NCBI GenBank assembly: GCA_963745075.1
Contig: CAVUWV010000024.1
Coordinates: 288,001 to 352,000 of the forward strand
Reading direction: 5' to 3'
Length of the DNA: 64,000 bases
Source: Candidatus Hydrogenedentota bacterium
GTDB taxonomy: Bacteria; Hydrogenedentota; Hydrogenedentia; Hydrogenedentales; SLHB01
The notes below the pieces were generated by a model. The model was not told the DNA's origin. It did not search any database and worked only from the letters and a program-made list of their open reading frames with translations. The position numbers and the translations under genes were made by a program. Each line of letters begins with the position of its first letter. The stretch's first letter is position 1. This document shows, piece after piece, positions 42,626 through 54,848 of the stretch.

Positions 42626-44716
42626 ATGTTCCTGGCATCCAAGCGCCACTGGGTACTCGTGGCCTTCACGTTGATACTCGCAACAACGTCATTGGCCGAA
42701 GATATCCGCCAACTTGTGGCCGACATCTCCGGTCCCGACATGACGAGGCGCATCCGGGCGCGTCAACTGCTTCCGCGCGAAGGCGTCGAAGCGCTTCCCA
42801 TGCTGTTGCCCATGCTGACAGCGGAAGACCAGGGTGTGCGATACACCGCGCGCAACGTTATCGCCGATATATTGAATGGCGCCGCGGCGCCGGGGCACGA
42901 CGCGGATCAGCTTCTAGCCGCGCGGCTCATGATGGACTGTCTGGCGCCGGGCAGTCCCGACGAGCAGATCCGGCTTGCCTTGCGACTCATTCCCATCGTT
43001 GTGCCCGAAGGCTTTGACGTCGGTCCTGTGGCGGCGTTGCTCATCAATCCGGATTGGAGCGAAAAGGCGCGCGAATGTCTTCAAGCGATCGGGACAAACA
43101 ACGCATGTGTCGCACTAGTGAACGCGCTTCCAAACGCGGACACGGATTTCACCGTTGCTCTTTTGAACGCGATCGGCAAGTTGGAAAAGGCGGATTCGGT
43201 TAAACCGGTGAAGGCGCTCACGTCACATAGCGATCCAGCCGTGCGAGCGGCCGCGGCTATGGCATTGAGCTGGACCGGCGACCCCGACTTGGTGCCCGCA
43301 CTGCGAAGTGTAGCTGCCAAATCCACGCCCGATACGCAGTTCGAAGCCTACGACGCTTTGCTTCGTCTCGCCGATGGTATCGTACGAAATGGCGGGAATT
43401 GGGACCTCGCCATGTCCGTCTACCACTCGGTGCTTGATGCAGCGCCGTCCGGGATCATCGAGGCGGCCGCTGTCAGCGGGCTGGGCCGGTACGGTGACGC
43501 CACCGCGGTCGATGCCATCGTCGGCGCTGCGAAATCGGGCAATCCGCATATGGCCGATACCTGCGTCCAGGCGCTTGCGAGTCTGCAAGGGCGTGAAGCG
43601 GTCGACGCCGTGATTGGTGCCTATCCGAGCCTGCCGGAACCGATGCGCGTCGCCTTGATCAAGGTGTGGGGACAGCGCCACGAGGGTGCGGCGCTGGACC
43701 TGATGAAGGAAGAATTGAATAGCGGCGCTCCTGCGTTGCGCGATGCCGCATTGAAGGCGCTGGCATCCATGGAAAGCATGCAAGCTTTCGCAGCGCTCGT
43801 AGATGTCGCTAAGAACGGAAGCGGCGACGAACAAACCTTCGCCCTGGCATCGGTGAAGAATATGGCGGGTTCAATGGGCGAGGCCGGCGACGCGCACGCC
43901 GCGGGGAAGGCTTACATGCAGCTCTTTGACCTCGCGGACGACGACGCGTTGCGGAACACGTGCCTGCAAGGGTTGGCGCGCTACCCGGTCGCCGACGCCT
44001 ACGACATCGTCAAGACCGCCCTCGGCAATCCTGCTCTTAAGGACGCCGCGGCCAACGCTATCGTTTCGGTAGCCGGTGTCGTGGCCGCTACAGACAAGAA
44101 TCGCGCCAAAGAGGCCATTGACCTTGTGCGCAGCTCCAATGCATCGCCGGAAGTCCTCGTCCAGCTTGCACAGCGATTGCAGGGCGCCGGCGTTCCCGCC
44201 GACTTTGCGAATCTGCTCGGCTTTGTGCGCGGTTGGTACGTCATTGGGCCCTTCGACTGGAAGGACGATGCCGACTGGGATCGTGCCTTCGTAAACGAAC
44301 CCAACGTCGATCCAACGACCACTGTCCAAGCCGGTGACAAGACGCTGAAGTGGAAGACCGTTCGCACGCTGGATCCGCTTGGGATGGTCAATCTCGCCGG
44401 GGAAGTCGGACAGTTCGACCGGAAGTTTGCGTATGCCTACGCGGTGATCGACGTGCCCGAAGAAACCGACGCTCAACTCCGTCTCGGTTCCGATGACGGC
44501 GACAAGGTCTGGCTCAACGGGAAAGTCGTCTGGGAGAACCGCGTAGACCGCGGCGCCGCGCTGGATCAAGATGTCGTCGACGTTCACCTCGCGAAAGGTC
44601 CGAACCGGATCCTTGTCAAGATCAGCCAAGGCGGGGGTGGCTGGAATTTCAATTTGCGCGTCGCCCAAACCAACGGCGGTGGCGCGGAGTTTACGCAGGT
44701 CGACCCGAAGGGGTAA
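42626..44716 (+). CDS. Secreted HEAT-repeat protein with C-terminal beta-sandwich domain
   Basis: Signal peptide; VRAAAAMAL-type repeats; WYVIGPF and GSDDGDKVWLNG. Confidence 0.82.
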   Translation: MFLASKRHWVLVAFTLILATTSLAEDIRQLVADISGPDMTRRIRARQLLPREGVEALPMLLPMLTAEDQGVRYTARNVIADILNGAAAPGHDADQLLAARLMMDCLAPGSPDEQIRLALRLIPIVVPEGFDVGPVAALLINPDWSEKARECLQAIGTNNACVALVNALPNADTDFTVALLNAIGKLEKADSVKPVKALTSHSDPAVRAAAAMALSWTGDPDLVPALRSVAAKSTPDTQFEAYDALLRLADGIVRNGGNWDLAMSVYHSVLDAAPSGIIEAAAVSGLGRYGDATAVDAIVGAAKSGNPHMADTCVQALASLQGREAVDAVIGAYPSLPEPMRVALIKVWGQRHEGAALDLMKEELNSGAPALRDAALKALASMESMQAFAALVDVAKNGSGDEQTFALASVKNMAGSMGEAGDAHAAGKAYMQLFDLADDDALRNTCLQGLARYPVADAYDIVKTALGNPALKDAAANAIVSVAGVVAATDKNRAKEAIDLVRSSNASPEVLVQLAQRLQGAGVPADFANLLGFVRGWYVIGPFDWKDDADWDRAFVNEPNVDPTTTVQAGDKTLKWKTVRTLDPLGMVNLAGEVGQFDRKFAYAYAVIDVPEETDAQLRLGSDDGDKVWLNGKVVWENRVDRGAALDQDVVDVHLAKGPNRILVKISQGGGGWNFNLRVAQTNGGGAEFTQVDPKG

Positions 44717-44721
44717 ATAGG

Positions 44722-44799
44722 AACAATAGAACGCGGATGACGCGGATTGAACGGATTCGCGCCGATCAATTAAATCCGCGTCATCCGCGTTCTATTGTT
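44722..44799. repeat. Perfect 27-bp inverted repeat between convergent genes, 9-bp internal period; probable bidirectional terminator
   Basis: aacaatagaacgcggatgacgcggatt / aatccgcgtcatccgcgttctattgtt. Confidence 0.85.
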
Positions 44800-47252
44800 T
44801 GTGAAACTCCAGCGCCACGAGCGTATCCAAAAGTTCGCGACGGACTTGGTCCGCCACGGTGCGGTCACATTTCGCCTTCCACCAGAAGCCCGCGTCGGAT
44901 TCATACGCCGCGCACACACGTTTGGGCGCTTCGTCGAGTAGCTTTTCCGCGTCGCTGATAGTCGTTTGATTGACGCCACGCTGTGCCGCACCGGCGATCG
45001 CTTCCTGCAGCATCGCCAAGTATTCGTAATCCTCAACGCTTTCCCGGATCGCTTCCATATGCTTCCCTGCGGTCACCGAGGTCGCATCCAGGAAGACGGG
45101 CGTGTATGCCGTCCGTTGCCCTGCGTATTCGTTCCACGAGGAGCCGCCGCCGTCGTCCCCGAAGGCCCAGAAGTACGACGCCTTCGCGCTGTATTGCCAA
45201 CACGTCCACGCCTGCAACCGGCAGTACAGATAGGGATCGAGCAAGCGCATCGGCCCGCTGCACGAGTAGAATTCGAGCGTCCGCCCGTTCTCCCGCTGCG
45301 TGACATACAGTTGGCGCGACGCCTCGCTGCACCGCAAGAAGATGGGGCGATTGGGACAGAGCACGTCGCACAGTTCCAACATCTCAGGTGTGGCTTCTGT
45401 GATTTCACGATAGGTCGGATCTTCCCAGATGCGGATGCCCGTGTTCGCCTCGCGCAGCGCTTTTCCCCACGCGATAATGACCGCGTCCTGTTCCGCCGCA
45501 TGGGGTTCGTCGACCAGCAACACCGCAAACTGTTCCGGCTTCAGGCCACGACTCTTGATGTGATCCGCCCAGAACGTGAACCACGCCTGTGCCGCGCGGT
45601 TAAACTCCGGCGACCCCATGGGCATCGAACTCAGGTGGTCGCCTACCGACGCAAACACGCAATACTGTGCTGCGCCCGGCCACCGGTCGATCCATGCATC
45701 GAAGTGGCTGGTATCCGGCGGTTCCGTCATGTTGCCGTCGGAATCAAACGTCCCGCGCGGCATGGTCGCGCTCGTTCCCCACGGTGAATCGACAAAGTGC
45801 GCGCGCAGATGCGCAATGAGCGCTTCGCGGTTTTCCGGCGTAACCATGTACTGGCTCGGCTGGTCGGTATAATCCCAGCCGCCCACGTGCAGCCGCGGGT
45901 GCACGGGAAACTGGAACGGATAGACCGTCAACGTAACCGGAACGCGGAGCGCAGGAAGGCCGTTCGCCTCGACAACGATTGCACCTTCGTACGTGTCCGG
46001 CTTTAGGTCGGTCGGATGAAAGGTCAGCCAAACCTGTTGCGTTAAGCCGGGCGTAACGTCGATGCGGTAACCGTTATTCGTCCGATTTGCTTCCGGCAAG
46101 GCCGCGGCAACGGGTACCATCGTCTTCGTATCGGTCCATACAACCTTGTGCACGGTGATGTACGGTGGCATCGCACCGCCCGGCAACCCTTCGAACCGAA
46201 TGGTTGCGGCGATCGGTTGTTGTGTTGCGTTGCTGAGATTAAAGGAGCCCGCGCGGAATTCGCCGTTCATCGTGCAGACCTCGACATGTGGGGACGGACC
46301 GTCAGAAATGGGACCGAGATAGGATAGGGTATCCCACAACGGCGACTGCCAGACGGATAACGGCTTTTGTCCGGCGGCCTCCCATAAGCGCGCCTGCACG
46401 TCAAACACCCGCGCGTGGAGATCGTTCAGCGGAAGTATGGCTTTGAAATCCGGCCCGAAATCGGCGGGCAGGTCGTTGAGCCCGGCTGCTACGGCATCCA
46501 ATTCCTTCTCAAGCGTCGTTCGTAACGCATCGTCCAGGTCCGCATCATTTACCGCGGTTCGCATATCCGCCACGTCCTGCGAGATGCGCCGCTCCACGGA
46601 CACGCGCACGCTCAGCCGTTTCATATAAGCCGGAATGTCTTTCACGCCCTCACCGGTAAGGGGAGCGGCAGTTCCACGCCGGATCACCCGCGTACACCTC
46701 GACCTCGTCTACGAACGTGTACGGTTCCGCCAACACGGCGAAGGCGACGTACCGGCCATGGGTATGCAGCGCATCCGTCCAATACCGGTGTGTCGCGTAG
46801 CCTTCTTGCGGCGGCGTGGACTCGTTTGCGCTCAGCGATACGAGATCCCCAATCCAGTGGAAAACGTGGTCCTCGTCTGCAACAAAGAGATAGATGCCTG
46901 CCGGCCAGAATACACCCGCCGTGCCGGCGGCCGTCCGCAGCGAAGCCCCGCGAATCGGCTGAACCGAACCCAGGTCTACCGTGATCACGACCGGTTTTGC
47001 GTGCTGCCAACCCACGGTCGAGGGTTGCGTCCAGAAGTATCCGTTTGAATACACACCGTCGGTGAGTTGCGTCGCGTCCCCTTCGTCCGTGCAGTACCGG
47101 TAACTCGGCCGCGGCGTCATTGTGTAGGGTTTGTGTAGCGCGATGTTCTCCGACGGTCGCGCATATGCGGCCGGATCGTCGGCTGCCTGCCCGAAGGCGT
47201 GCGGCACGATAGTGGATAAGAAACAAATCGTAATTGCAGCTGTTCTTAACAT
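44792..47252 (-). CDS. Large secreted putative glycoside hydrolase (discoidin-like N-terminus, DUF4091-like C-terminus); frameshift near 46670
   Basis: ENIALHKPY, LTDG, VDLG; LVDEP; IRESVEDYEYL; ORFs 46650..47252 and 44792..46687 join. Confidence 0.65.
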
Positions 47253-47363
47253 GGTATTATGCTCCCCTGGATATACCAGTCGCTTGGGTCAAGCGGGCAG
47301 CCGAGATTTCGTTTCCCAGCATGACAAGCCGCTCTGCGCCCGGCAAAACAGTATGATATACTG

Positions 47364-47381
47364 AACGTGCAATTGCACGTT
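47364..47381. promoter_or_regulatory. 18-bp perfect palindrome, likely operator of the TA operon
   Basis: aacgtgcaattgcacgtt just downstream of a TATGAT -10-like box (47352-47357). Confidence 0.55.
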
Positions 47382-47403
47382 GGTACGAACGAGGTGTGGA
47401 CCC

Positions 47404-47604
47404 GTGAGCGAGCTTGAACAACTGGAGGAACGCGTGCGGCTGCTGTCGCGAGCCGACTTGGCAGTTTTTCGCAAATGGTTCCTGGACTACGACGAACACA
47501 TCTGGGATCAACAGATCGCGCAAGACGCCGAAAGCGGTCGGCTCGACGCTTTCGTGGAAGAAGCCAAGGCGGAGTATAAGCGGGGGGATACCCGGGAACC
47601 GTGA
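47404..47604 (+). CDS. Small putative antitoxin
   Basis: FRKWFLDYDEHIWDQQIAQDAESGRLD; overlaps the toxin start. Confidence 0.75.
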   Translation: MSELEQLEERVRLLSRADLAVFRKWFLDYDEHIWDQQIAQDAESGRLDAFVEEAKAEYKRGDTREP

Positions 47605-47858
47605 CTCATCGTACGACCTCCCGGTTTTGGGCTTGTTACGAATCGCTGCCCACAGACATACAAAAGCTTGCCGACAAGAACTTCGAGTTACTCAAATCCG
47701 ATCCTGCCCACCCGTCGCTACATCTGAAGCGTATTCAGAACCTCTGGTCCGTGCGAATCAGGCAAGGCTATCGAGCGCTCGGCATCGCGACAGACAACGG
47801 GATCTGCTGGCACTGGATCGGCACCCATGCAGAATACGACAAACTCCTCGCACGGTGA
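47601..47858 (+). CDS. ParE/RelE-like toxin
   Basis: FWACYESLP...HPSLHLK...WSVRI..GYRALG...WIGTHAEYD. Confidence 0.85.
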   Translation: MTHRTTSRFWACYESLPTDIQKLADKNFELLKSDPAHPSLHLKRIQNLWSVRIRQGYRALGIATDNGICWHWIGTHAEYDKLLAR

Positions 47859-47896
47859 CGGTGTTTGTCGGTCAATTTGAGGATTGGGTCCGAGAC

Positions 47897-50800
47897 TTAT
47901 GAAGTCATGTTGCCGCCCTTTAGCCAACGATCCAGCCAGTCGAACGCTTCCGCCTGCATCGCCGCATTGAATTCGTGCGGCACCGGCCACAGTTTTGTGA
48001 CCAGCCGGTCGTCCACGCCTTGGGATGTCCAGACATCGTGCATCTTCTTGTACGCGTTATCCACTCCCGCGACGGGAAACAGCCCATCCTCCGTGCCGTT
48101 GAAGAACAGCATCGGTTTCGGGCACGCGATGGACGCTACGTCCGGGTAGTCCAGCGCATCCCGAATGCCGGGATGTATCATGCTGTAGCTGGAGTACCCT
48201 TTGGTCTGGTTGTTTCCCGGGCTCGTCAACGTAGGCGTGTCGCCCATCCAACAGATGGCAACGCCCGCCTTGATGATGTCCGTCGCCGCCGCAAGGCTCC
48301 ATGACCGGTGCGAACCCATGGATAGCCCCATACATCCGATGCGATCCGGATCGACTTGCGGGAGACTCTGCACAAATTGCGCGCTGCGGATGTCGTCCCA
48401 AACCATCGATCCGGCCCAGGACTGGCCCAGTTGCAGCATGTTCGCGCCCAGTGCCTGTTGGTCTTCGTACTTGACGCCACCGTACCGCCCGCGATCGCCC
48501 CAGAACAACGCATCCGTTGCGAATACGATGTAGCCGCGCTTCGCCATCTCGTCGCCGATATACCTTCCCTCGTAGCATTTGCCGACCCAGTCCTCCGCGT
48601 CGGCGATGCGCTCGCCTGGCTCGTCAAAAGGTCGAATAACCTTTTCCTTGCCGATGGAGAAGTGTGCGCCGTGATCGTGGAGCGCGACAACCGCAGGAAA
48701 TGGACCTTGGCCTTTCGGAATGAGCAGGTACGCCTTGACTCGCTCATCCGCGGAGATGTTGAACGCGAGCTTTTGCGCGATGTAGCTGCCACGATCCTCT
48801 TCGCCGATGACCTCCGGTGCAAACGGCGCGCGTGGGGGAGGAGGCTGCAAGGTTTTGAGATAGGTGCTTCGCGCGCGTTCTCGCCATTCATCGAACGGCA
48901 CGTCCGCATGCTCCCACGCCAGCGGATACTTCATGCGCTGGACCCGGGGCGTGTTGAAGGAGGGAAGAAAATCGCGAACCCCATAATCCGCCGTCCGCGA
49001 GAGTTCTTGCGGAGCCGACGGAAGCGTATCGTGCCAGCGCGTTACGTCGTGCTCGTAACGCGCTTTCACGTCATCGAGTGATCCTTTGAACAAGTACACA
49101 TTCACCCGCATCGTCGTTGGTCCATCCGGATTCAGCGGCATCGGCCCCTGCGAATGCATGCACCGATGCGACGCGGCCGCATTGTTGCAGATGCTGTTTG
49201 CGTGCTCACCAGCCGTGGCGACAGTCCAGGCACCGTCCGAACTCACGCACGCCATAATCGGCACGTCCGGACGCGGATTCTGTATCGTCTTCCAGCCGCT
49301 CTTCGCCATGTCCCCGGTCATATCGGGAGAATCGACGCCATTCACGTACTGCACGTTCCGGGGGTTCCCATCTGCGCAGGATGCGAGACTGGTCCACGCG
49401 CCGTTTGAAAGAAACCACATGCGGCTCATGAGATCCGCTTCGTCTCCCTCGAATAGTCCGCCCTTCATCTGTAGACACGGTCCCACGGCAAACGAGTCGG
49501 GGGCTTCCGCATCTGGTTTCGGCCAGACGGTGTACGCGCATTCGAGGTAGTCGATGTGCGGGGTGAACTGGGCCGTGAACGTGGCTTCCGGCCTGTCGAT
49601 CGTGTACGCGACCGCGCTCGTGTGCTCGTCGTGTTTCCAGTCGATGGCCATGCCGCCGAGTTCCTCCTGCGCGTATCCGAGATTTGGAAACGACACCCAC
49701 TCCGGTCCCCAGAGGGTGATGCTTGCGTTCGGATCAGCGGGGCGTTCTACCCGCAGGAAGGAACCCGCTTCCTGGGGCGTCAGTTTTAATCGACGGTCAT
49801 CGACCCGCGCTAATACTTTGCTTAGCGCGTCGTTCCGTATGGAAGAGCCGTTCTGCCGGACGGTGCGCGAGGTAGAACCGTAACACCTCGCCCCAGTAGA
49901 CTAGCCCTTCCGGTGGGGCGCCTCCAACACTAACGCCACCTTCGGTGTAATCGCGCGACGGATCGCGGTCCGCGGGCTTCTTGTAGAGGTCGTAGATAGT
50001 CTTGCCCTCGGGGATCGCGCCGGTCGTTCCTTCCCACCCGGACAGCCCACTGAGGATTGCGCCCGTTTTACGGAATCCCTCGATTCGGCCCTGCAGCATC
50101 CGTTCGATTGCGTTCAGCAAGTTACCGATATCCTCGCCGCGTTCCTCGAGCACAGTGGCCGCCCGGACCAGTTGGGCGGAATGCTCCATGCCTTGACTGA
50201 TGATGACGCCGCTGCTGCGGGGATGCGGATACCGCCAACCGCCCACGGGGTCCTGCGACTCCGCCATGAAATCGGCGACCGCGCGGATCACGTCGTGGAG
50301 TTTGGGCTCGTCCGGGTAGTCCTTCAGTAATTCCGGAAGTCCAGCCAATCCGTAGCCGATGATGTACGGTTTGGCGAACGGCGCCTCGTAGCCGTGCTGA
50401 TCGTCGTCAATGAACGGACCGTCCTTCACAATCGGCTGTCCGCCCTGGCTGAACAGATCGCCTTCCGATAATTTTTCACGCAGTTCGCGAAACAGTCGCA
50501 ACGCTTCGTCCTGGTACATGGGCGCACCGGTGAAGCGATACAACCGCATGAAATCGATGACGTCCCCGATGTTCCGGCACTCGCCCGTGTTGGTGTGAAT
50601 GAAACCCTTTGCGTAATTGACCTGCGCGTTCAGGGCGGTGAGCATGCGCGGGTCGCCGGTTTCTTCGTACGCGTAGAAGAAGGAGTCGTAGCCTTTGGTG
50701 CAGAAGTGTGACGACCAGTTCGTGCGCCACAAGTAGCTCGTGTCGCCTTCGTGCTGTTTCTCATTAGCTGCCACCGCAGCGTTGTACCGTGTGCCGCCGA

Positions 50801-52184
50801 AGTCTGGGGTATCGCCCCACCAGATGCTCGCGTCGTACATGTTCGAGCACCACAGCACCGCCGTCTCGCGCAATGCTTCGCTGGAAGCGCGATAGGATTC
50901 TTCAAAGATCGCAGGACAGTGATTCAGCCGGTTCATGCCGTAGTAACTGGCTGGTCCGCCAAGGTTGAACGACGTTACGTTCCCGTAGTCGTCCCCGCGC
51001 AGAGCGCTCGCTGCAATCGCGTTCCGGTGGAAGATTTGCGCGTCGTCAAGCAAGGGATACAAGGCCAGGTCCGGTGATTCACCCATGTTGTATATCGCGT
51101 CGAAATGTCCCGGCGCAATGCGCGTTTCCAAACCGGGTTCCAACAGTGCGTTCATTGGCGTGTGGTCGGCTTTTCCTATGGCGAATGCCGCCCGCCGCCA
51201 TGCCGTGGATTGAAACGGGACCTTGTCAGCTTCACTGCACCGCACATATTTGAGCACGCTCTTGCCGTCGACACTGTTAACTGCGACATGGCCCTTTAGT
51301 GTCAAGGGCGCCACGGGGAAGTCGACTTTCATGGCGCCGCCATTCACGGTAACGGCGTACGGTTGTCCATCGGCGAACCCATGGTCCGGACAGTCGGGAA
51401 GACTCAGCCCTTCGATACGCCAGCCAAGTTCCGGCGCGTATTCATCGCCTTCGGCCATCCGTTGGATGTGGGCTTGCACGACAACGGTACCTTCGCTGTC
51501 CATCCGAATCTCGATAATTCGCGGCCATGTTGCATCGGGCACGAGCAGACGTGCCCAGACGTAATTTGAACCGGACTCGACAATCTCACACTCTCCTGGA
51601 TCGGCTTGCGTTTGTTCCGGGGCCACGAGGTGTGCATTCCACGAGGTACCGTTGTCGCTCTGACACGAGATGGAATCCGGGCGGAGCACCACGGACGTGA
51701 CGCCGAGGCGAAAGGAGTATCCCTGATTCACCGGCGTGGGTGTGATGGTCGTTGGCGGAGTGGTGTTGCGCAGCGCAAGTTTGAAAATGACCGGGCTCTC
51801 GTCGGTAAACATGTAGGGAAACGTCACAATACCGCGCCGAACGCTCTGCGGTTTGCCGGGGTGCAACGTCAAGACGCGCAGGTCTGCGTCGATGGTTATG
51901 TCACCGGAACGCGCGGTTAGCCCCATCCCTGCCGGAAGTGCCGCCGTCGCGAAGGGCAGCGATATGCGCACGAGGCGGTTACCGGGCCGGTCAGGGACTA
52001 CCGTGAATGATGGCAGGACCCCGACTTCCCCGGCGCAAACGCCGGAATCCGCCACGAGCGGATCTCCGAAACGAAAATGCTCCAACCACTGTTTAGCGTG
52101 CTGCTGTTCGGCAAGACTGGTTTCCAAAGTGAATGCCGACACTGCGGCGAGCAGCGCCATGAGTCCAATGCCTTGTACTCGCAT
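47897..52184 (-). CDS. ~1430-aa secreted multidomain protein with C-terminal alpha/beta hydrolase (esterase); frameshift near 49836
   Basis: ORF 49797..52280 continues into the frame of 47897..49696 (NDALSKVLARV...); GLSMG nucleophile motif, LHDHG, VPHEF. Confidence 0.75.
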
Positions 52185-52348
52185 ATAGAATTCTCCAGCC
52201 CAAGTACTTTGACACGATGATAGGGGTTTTGAACTCAGGATGGAACTCTTGCGTCGGGCGACGCGCTCAGCGCATAGCAATGCGAGCCGGACTTCGGAGA
52301 GAGTTTAAGGACAATCTGCCGGTATGATATGTTCCGTTGCGAGGAGAC

Positions 52349-53530
52349 ATGTCTATGAACAATTTATGCTTAAGTCTGGTGCTAGTCCTTTGTGCGTGCG
52401 CGGTTGTTGCCGTACCGGATGCCCGCGCGGAAGACCCGAAGGGAGCCGAAGCGTCCCCCTCCCCTGACAGCGGTTTGGTAGACCCCAACCTCGACGAACG
52501 CGACAATGGCTACCTCGACCGCCAAGACACGGCCTTGCTCGACGAGGTGGCGAAGACCCTTGCTGCCGTTCCGCCGCAGCTGCCACAGCCGCCCGAACGG
52601 AAACTGGCGCTATATCTTTTGGACGCGGTGCTGCACGATGTCTACGCGCCGAATCGCATTCCGGTGCAACAGTTCTATCATTCCCAAATGGAACGGCTCG
52701 CCGACGAACTGGAGCATACCAAGGTCGAGGACGGCGCCGTCATATGGAAACTCTATAACCACGGATTCATTGTGCGCACGGCTTCCGTGACGCTTGCGTT
52801 TGATTTCTATCGGGGCGTGGAACGCTTCCGAGTGGAGGACCCCGTGAAGGGGCGACAGATCGTTGATAGCCCCGGATTCCCCATTTCGGAGACGTTGATG
52901 AAACGTATCGTCGACCAATGCGACGTCCTCTTCATCAGCCATCGCCATAGCGATCACGCGGACCCTGTAATTGCACAGGCGATCATCAACCAGGGAAAGC
53001 CGGTGGTCGCGCCGGACGAAGTGTTCAAAGGGCAGGACCTCCAGGCAAAGATCACGCACTTAGATAGAGTGGTCAATGAGGAACAGTCATTGGCGATCAA
53101 GAACGGTGCGTTGGAACTTCGACTCGTGGTCTACCCCGGACAACAGTATCAGGACGGGGGCATCCCGAATAACGTCGTGCTCGTGTTCACACCCGAGGGC
53201 ATGTCGTTCGCCCACAACGGCGACCAGATCAACGATCCCTATCCCGAGTATCAGGAAGACTACAAGTGGATCGACCACGTTCACGAACATTACAAGGTCG
53301 ACGTGCTCATGACCAACTGTTGGCTCAACGACATCATGCGGTTTACCCGCGGGTTCAATCCAAAGCTCGTGCTGCCCGGACACCAGAATGAATTGGGACA
53401 CGCCATCTGGGACCGGGTCCCTTACTGGGGCGATTCCGAGTATTTACACTTGACCTACCCGCAACTGCTGGTTTCGGACTATCCAGTCCTGGTGATGACA
53501 TGGGGCGAGTCGTTTCACTATATGCCGTGA
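52349..53530 (+). CDS. Secreted metallo-beta-lactamase-fold hydrolase
   Basis: SHRHSDH, HNGD, PGH; signal peptide. Confidence 0.85.
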   Translation: MSMNNLCLSLVLVLCACAVVAVPDARAEDPKGAEASPSPDSGLVDPNLDERDNGYLDRQDTALLDEVAKTLAAVPPQLPQPPERKLALYLLDAVLHDVYAPNRIPVQQFYHSQMERLADELEHTKVEDGAVIWKLYNHGFIVRTASVTLAFDFYRGVERFRVEDPVKGRQIVDSPGFPISETLMKRIVDQCDVLFISHRHSDHADPVIAQAIINQGKPVVAPDEVFKGQDLQAKITHLDRVVNEEQSLAIKNGALELRLVVYPGQQYQDGGIPNNVVLVFTPEGMSFAHNGDQINDPYPEYQEDYKWIDHVHEHYKVDVLMTNCWLNDIMRFTRGFNPKLVLPGHQNELGHAIWDRVPYWGDSEYLHLTYPQLLVSDYPVLVMTWGESFHYMP

Positions 53531-53579
53531 AAGCGCGTTTCCCCGTTGACGCCGATGCCGGCTGCGAAAGGAAAAGGAT

Positions 53580-54398
53580 ATGAACGCGGCCATTTACGTG
53601 GCGGTCGTATGGGCAAGCGTCGCGCAGCCATCCTTCGAGTTCTTCAAGACCGACACACCCGCCCGGCCCTTCGCGGTGATGGTCCATCGCGGACGCATGG
53701 ATCTCGCTCCGGAAAACACCGCGCCTGCGATCGAGGCATGCATCGAGCGCGGCTACGAATGGGTCGAGATCGACGTTCGATTGACCAGGGATCATCATCA
53801 TGTCGTCTTCCACAACGGCAAGGTAGACGGCAAAACGGACGGTGCGGGCGCGGTATCCGACCTGACACTGGATGAGATCAAGAAACTCGATGCCGGCATC
53901 AGGTTTTCCGAAGCGTTCAAAGGCGAAAAGATATTGACTTTTCCCGAATTGCTGAAGCTTGCCAAAGGCCGGATCAACATCTACGTCGATTGCAAGGTTA
54001 TCGATCCGGAGCTTTTCGCGGCGGAAATCCGCGATGCGGGAATGGAGCGGCAAGTCGTGGTCTTCGACGATCCGGACGTCCTGGCCGAGGTCCAACGCTT
54101 ATCGGAAGGCACAATTCCCATCATGCCCAAGTGGCATCCGGAATTTGGAATCGATCCGTGGGTCGCGCGACTCCAGCCCGCAGCCGTCGAAATCAACGCC
54201 GATGAAGTCACCGAAGAACGGTGTCGGCACTTCCAGGGTTTGGGGATTGTCGTTCAAGCCAAGGTGCTGGGCGATGACGATCGACCGGACGTGTGGCGGC
54301 GAATGCTCGAAGCGGGCGTGCAGTGGTTCCAGACGGACCGGCCGGACGAACTTATCGCTGTGTGCGTCGACTCGATAGATAAGGCGCGTTCGAACTAA
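53580..54398 (+). CDS. Glycerophosphodiester phosphodiesterase
   Basis: HRG, PENT, EIDV, QTDRP. Confidence 0.9.
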   Translation: MNAAIYVAVVWASVAQPSFEFFKTDTPARPFAVMVHRGRMDLAPENTAPAIEACIERGYEWVEIDVRLTRDHHHVVFHNGKVDGKTDGAGAVSDLTLDEIKKLDAGIRFSEAFKGEKILTFPELLKLAKGRINIYVDCKVIDPELFAAEIRDAGMERQVVVFDDPDVLAEVQRLSEGTIPIMPKWHPEFGIDPWVARLQPAAVEINADEVTEERCRHFQGLGIVVQAKVLGDDDRPDVWRRMLEAGVQWFQTDRPDELIAVCVDSIDKARSN

Positions 54399-54596
54399 TC
54401 AGGCGGCGTGGGCGGTGCGGATGGCTTTGACGAGGACGAGGGTCATTCCAAACATGTCCAGGGTGTCCAGGTAACGCGTTGCGCATTCCGGACAATACGT
54501 GTGGACGCAATCATCTTTGCCGACGGGGGAAATCGTCAGTTCGACCCAGGATTGGTCGAGGTCACGGCGGCCACAGACTTGGCAACTTCGGTTCAT
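54399..54596 (-). CDS. Small putative zinc-binding protein
   Basis: CQVC...W...HTYCPEC; RBS GAGGAG upstream. Confidence 0.65.
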   Translation of the reverse strand: MNRSCQVCGRRDLDQSWVELTISPVGKDDCVHTYCPECATRYLDTLDMFGMTLVLVKAIRTAHAA

Positions 54597-54848
54597 CGGT
54601 CACTCCTCAATTCACATCCCCTCTCAGGCCCCGAATCGATCGCGGCCATTTCAATAGTAGACAATTGACGGAGACAATTTATTCATTCTAACCAATTGAT
54701 AATTCATGCGTTGTCTAAACCGTCCGGTAGGTATATTTGCGCAACCATCGACCGACCAGCGATTTCTGCACGTTCCGCTCTATGCTACCGGGAAACGATA
54801 CTCAACCGTTTGGGACGCCATGCGCACCTGTGTTACGGTGGATTTCGC

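Noticed and set aside
47364..47896. TA pair as an integron cassette
   Set aside because: GTTGGTA precedes it, but no matching R'' box or attC hairpin follows the toxin gene.
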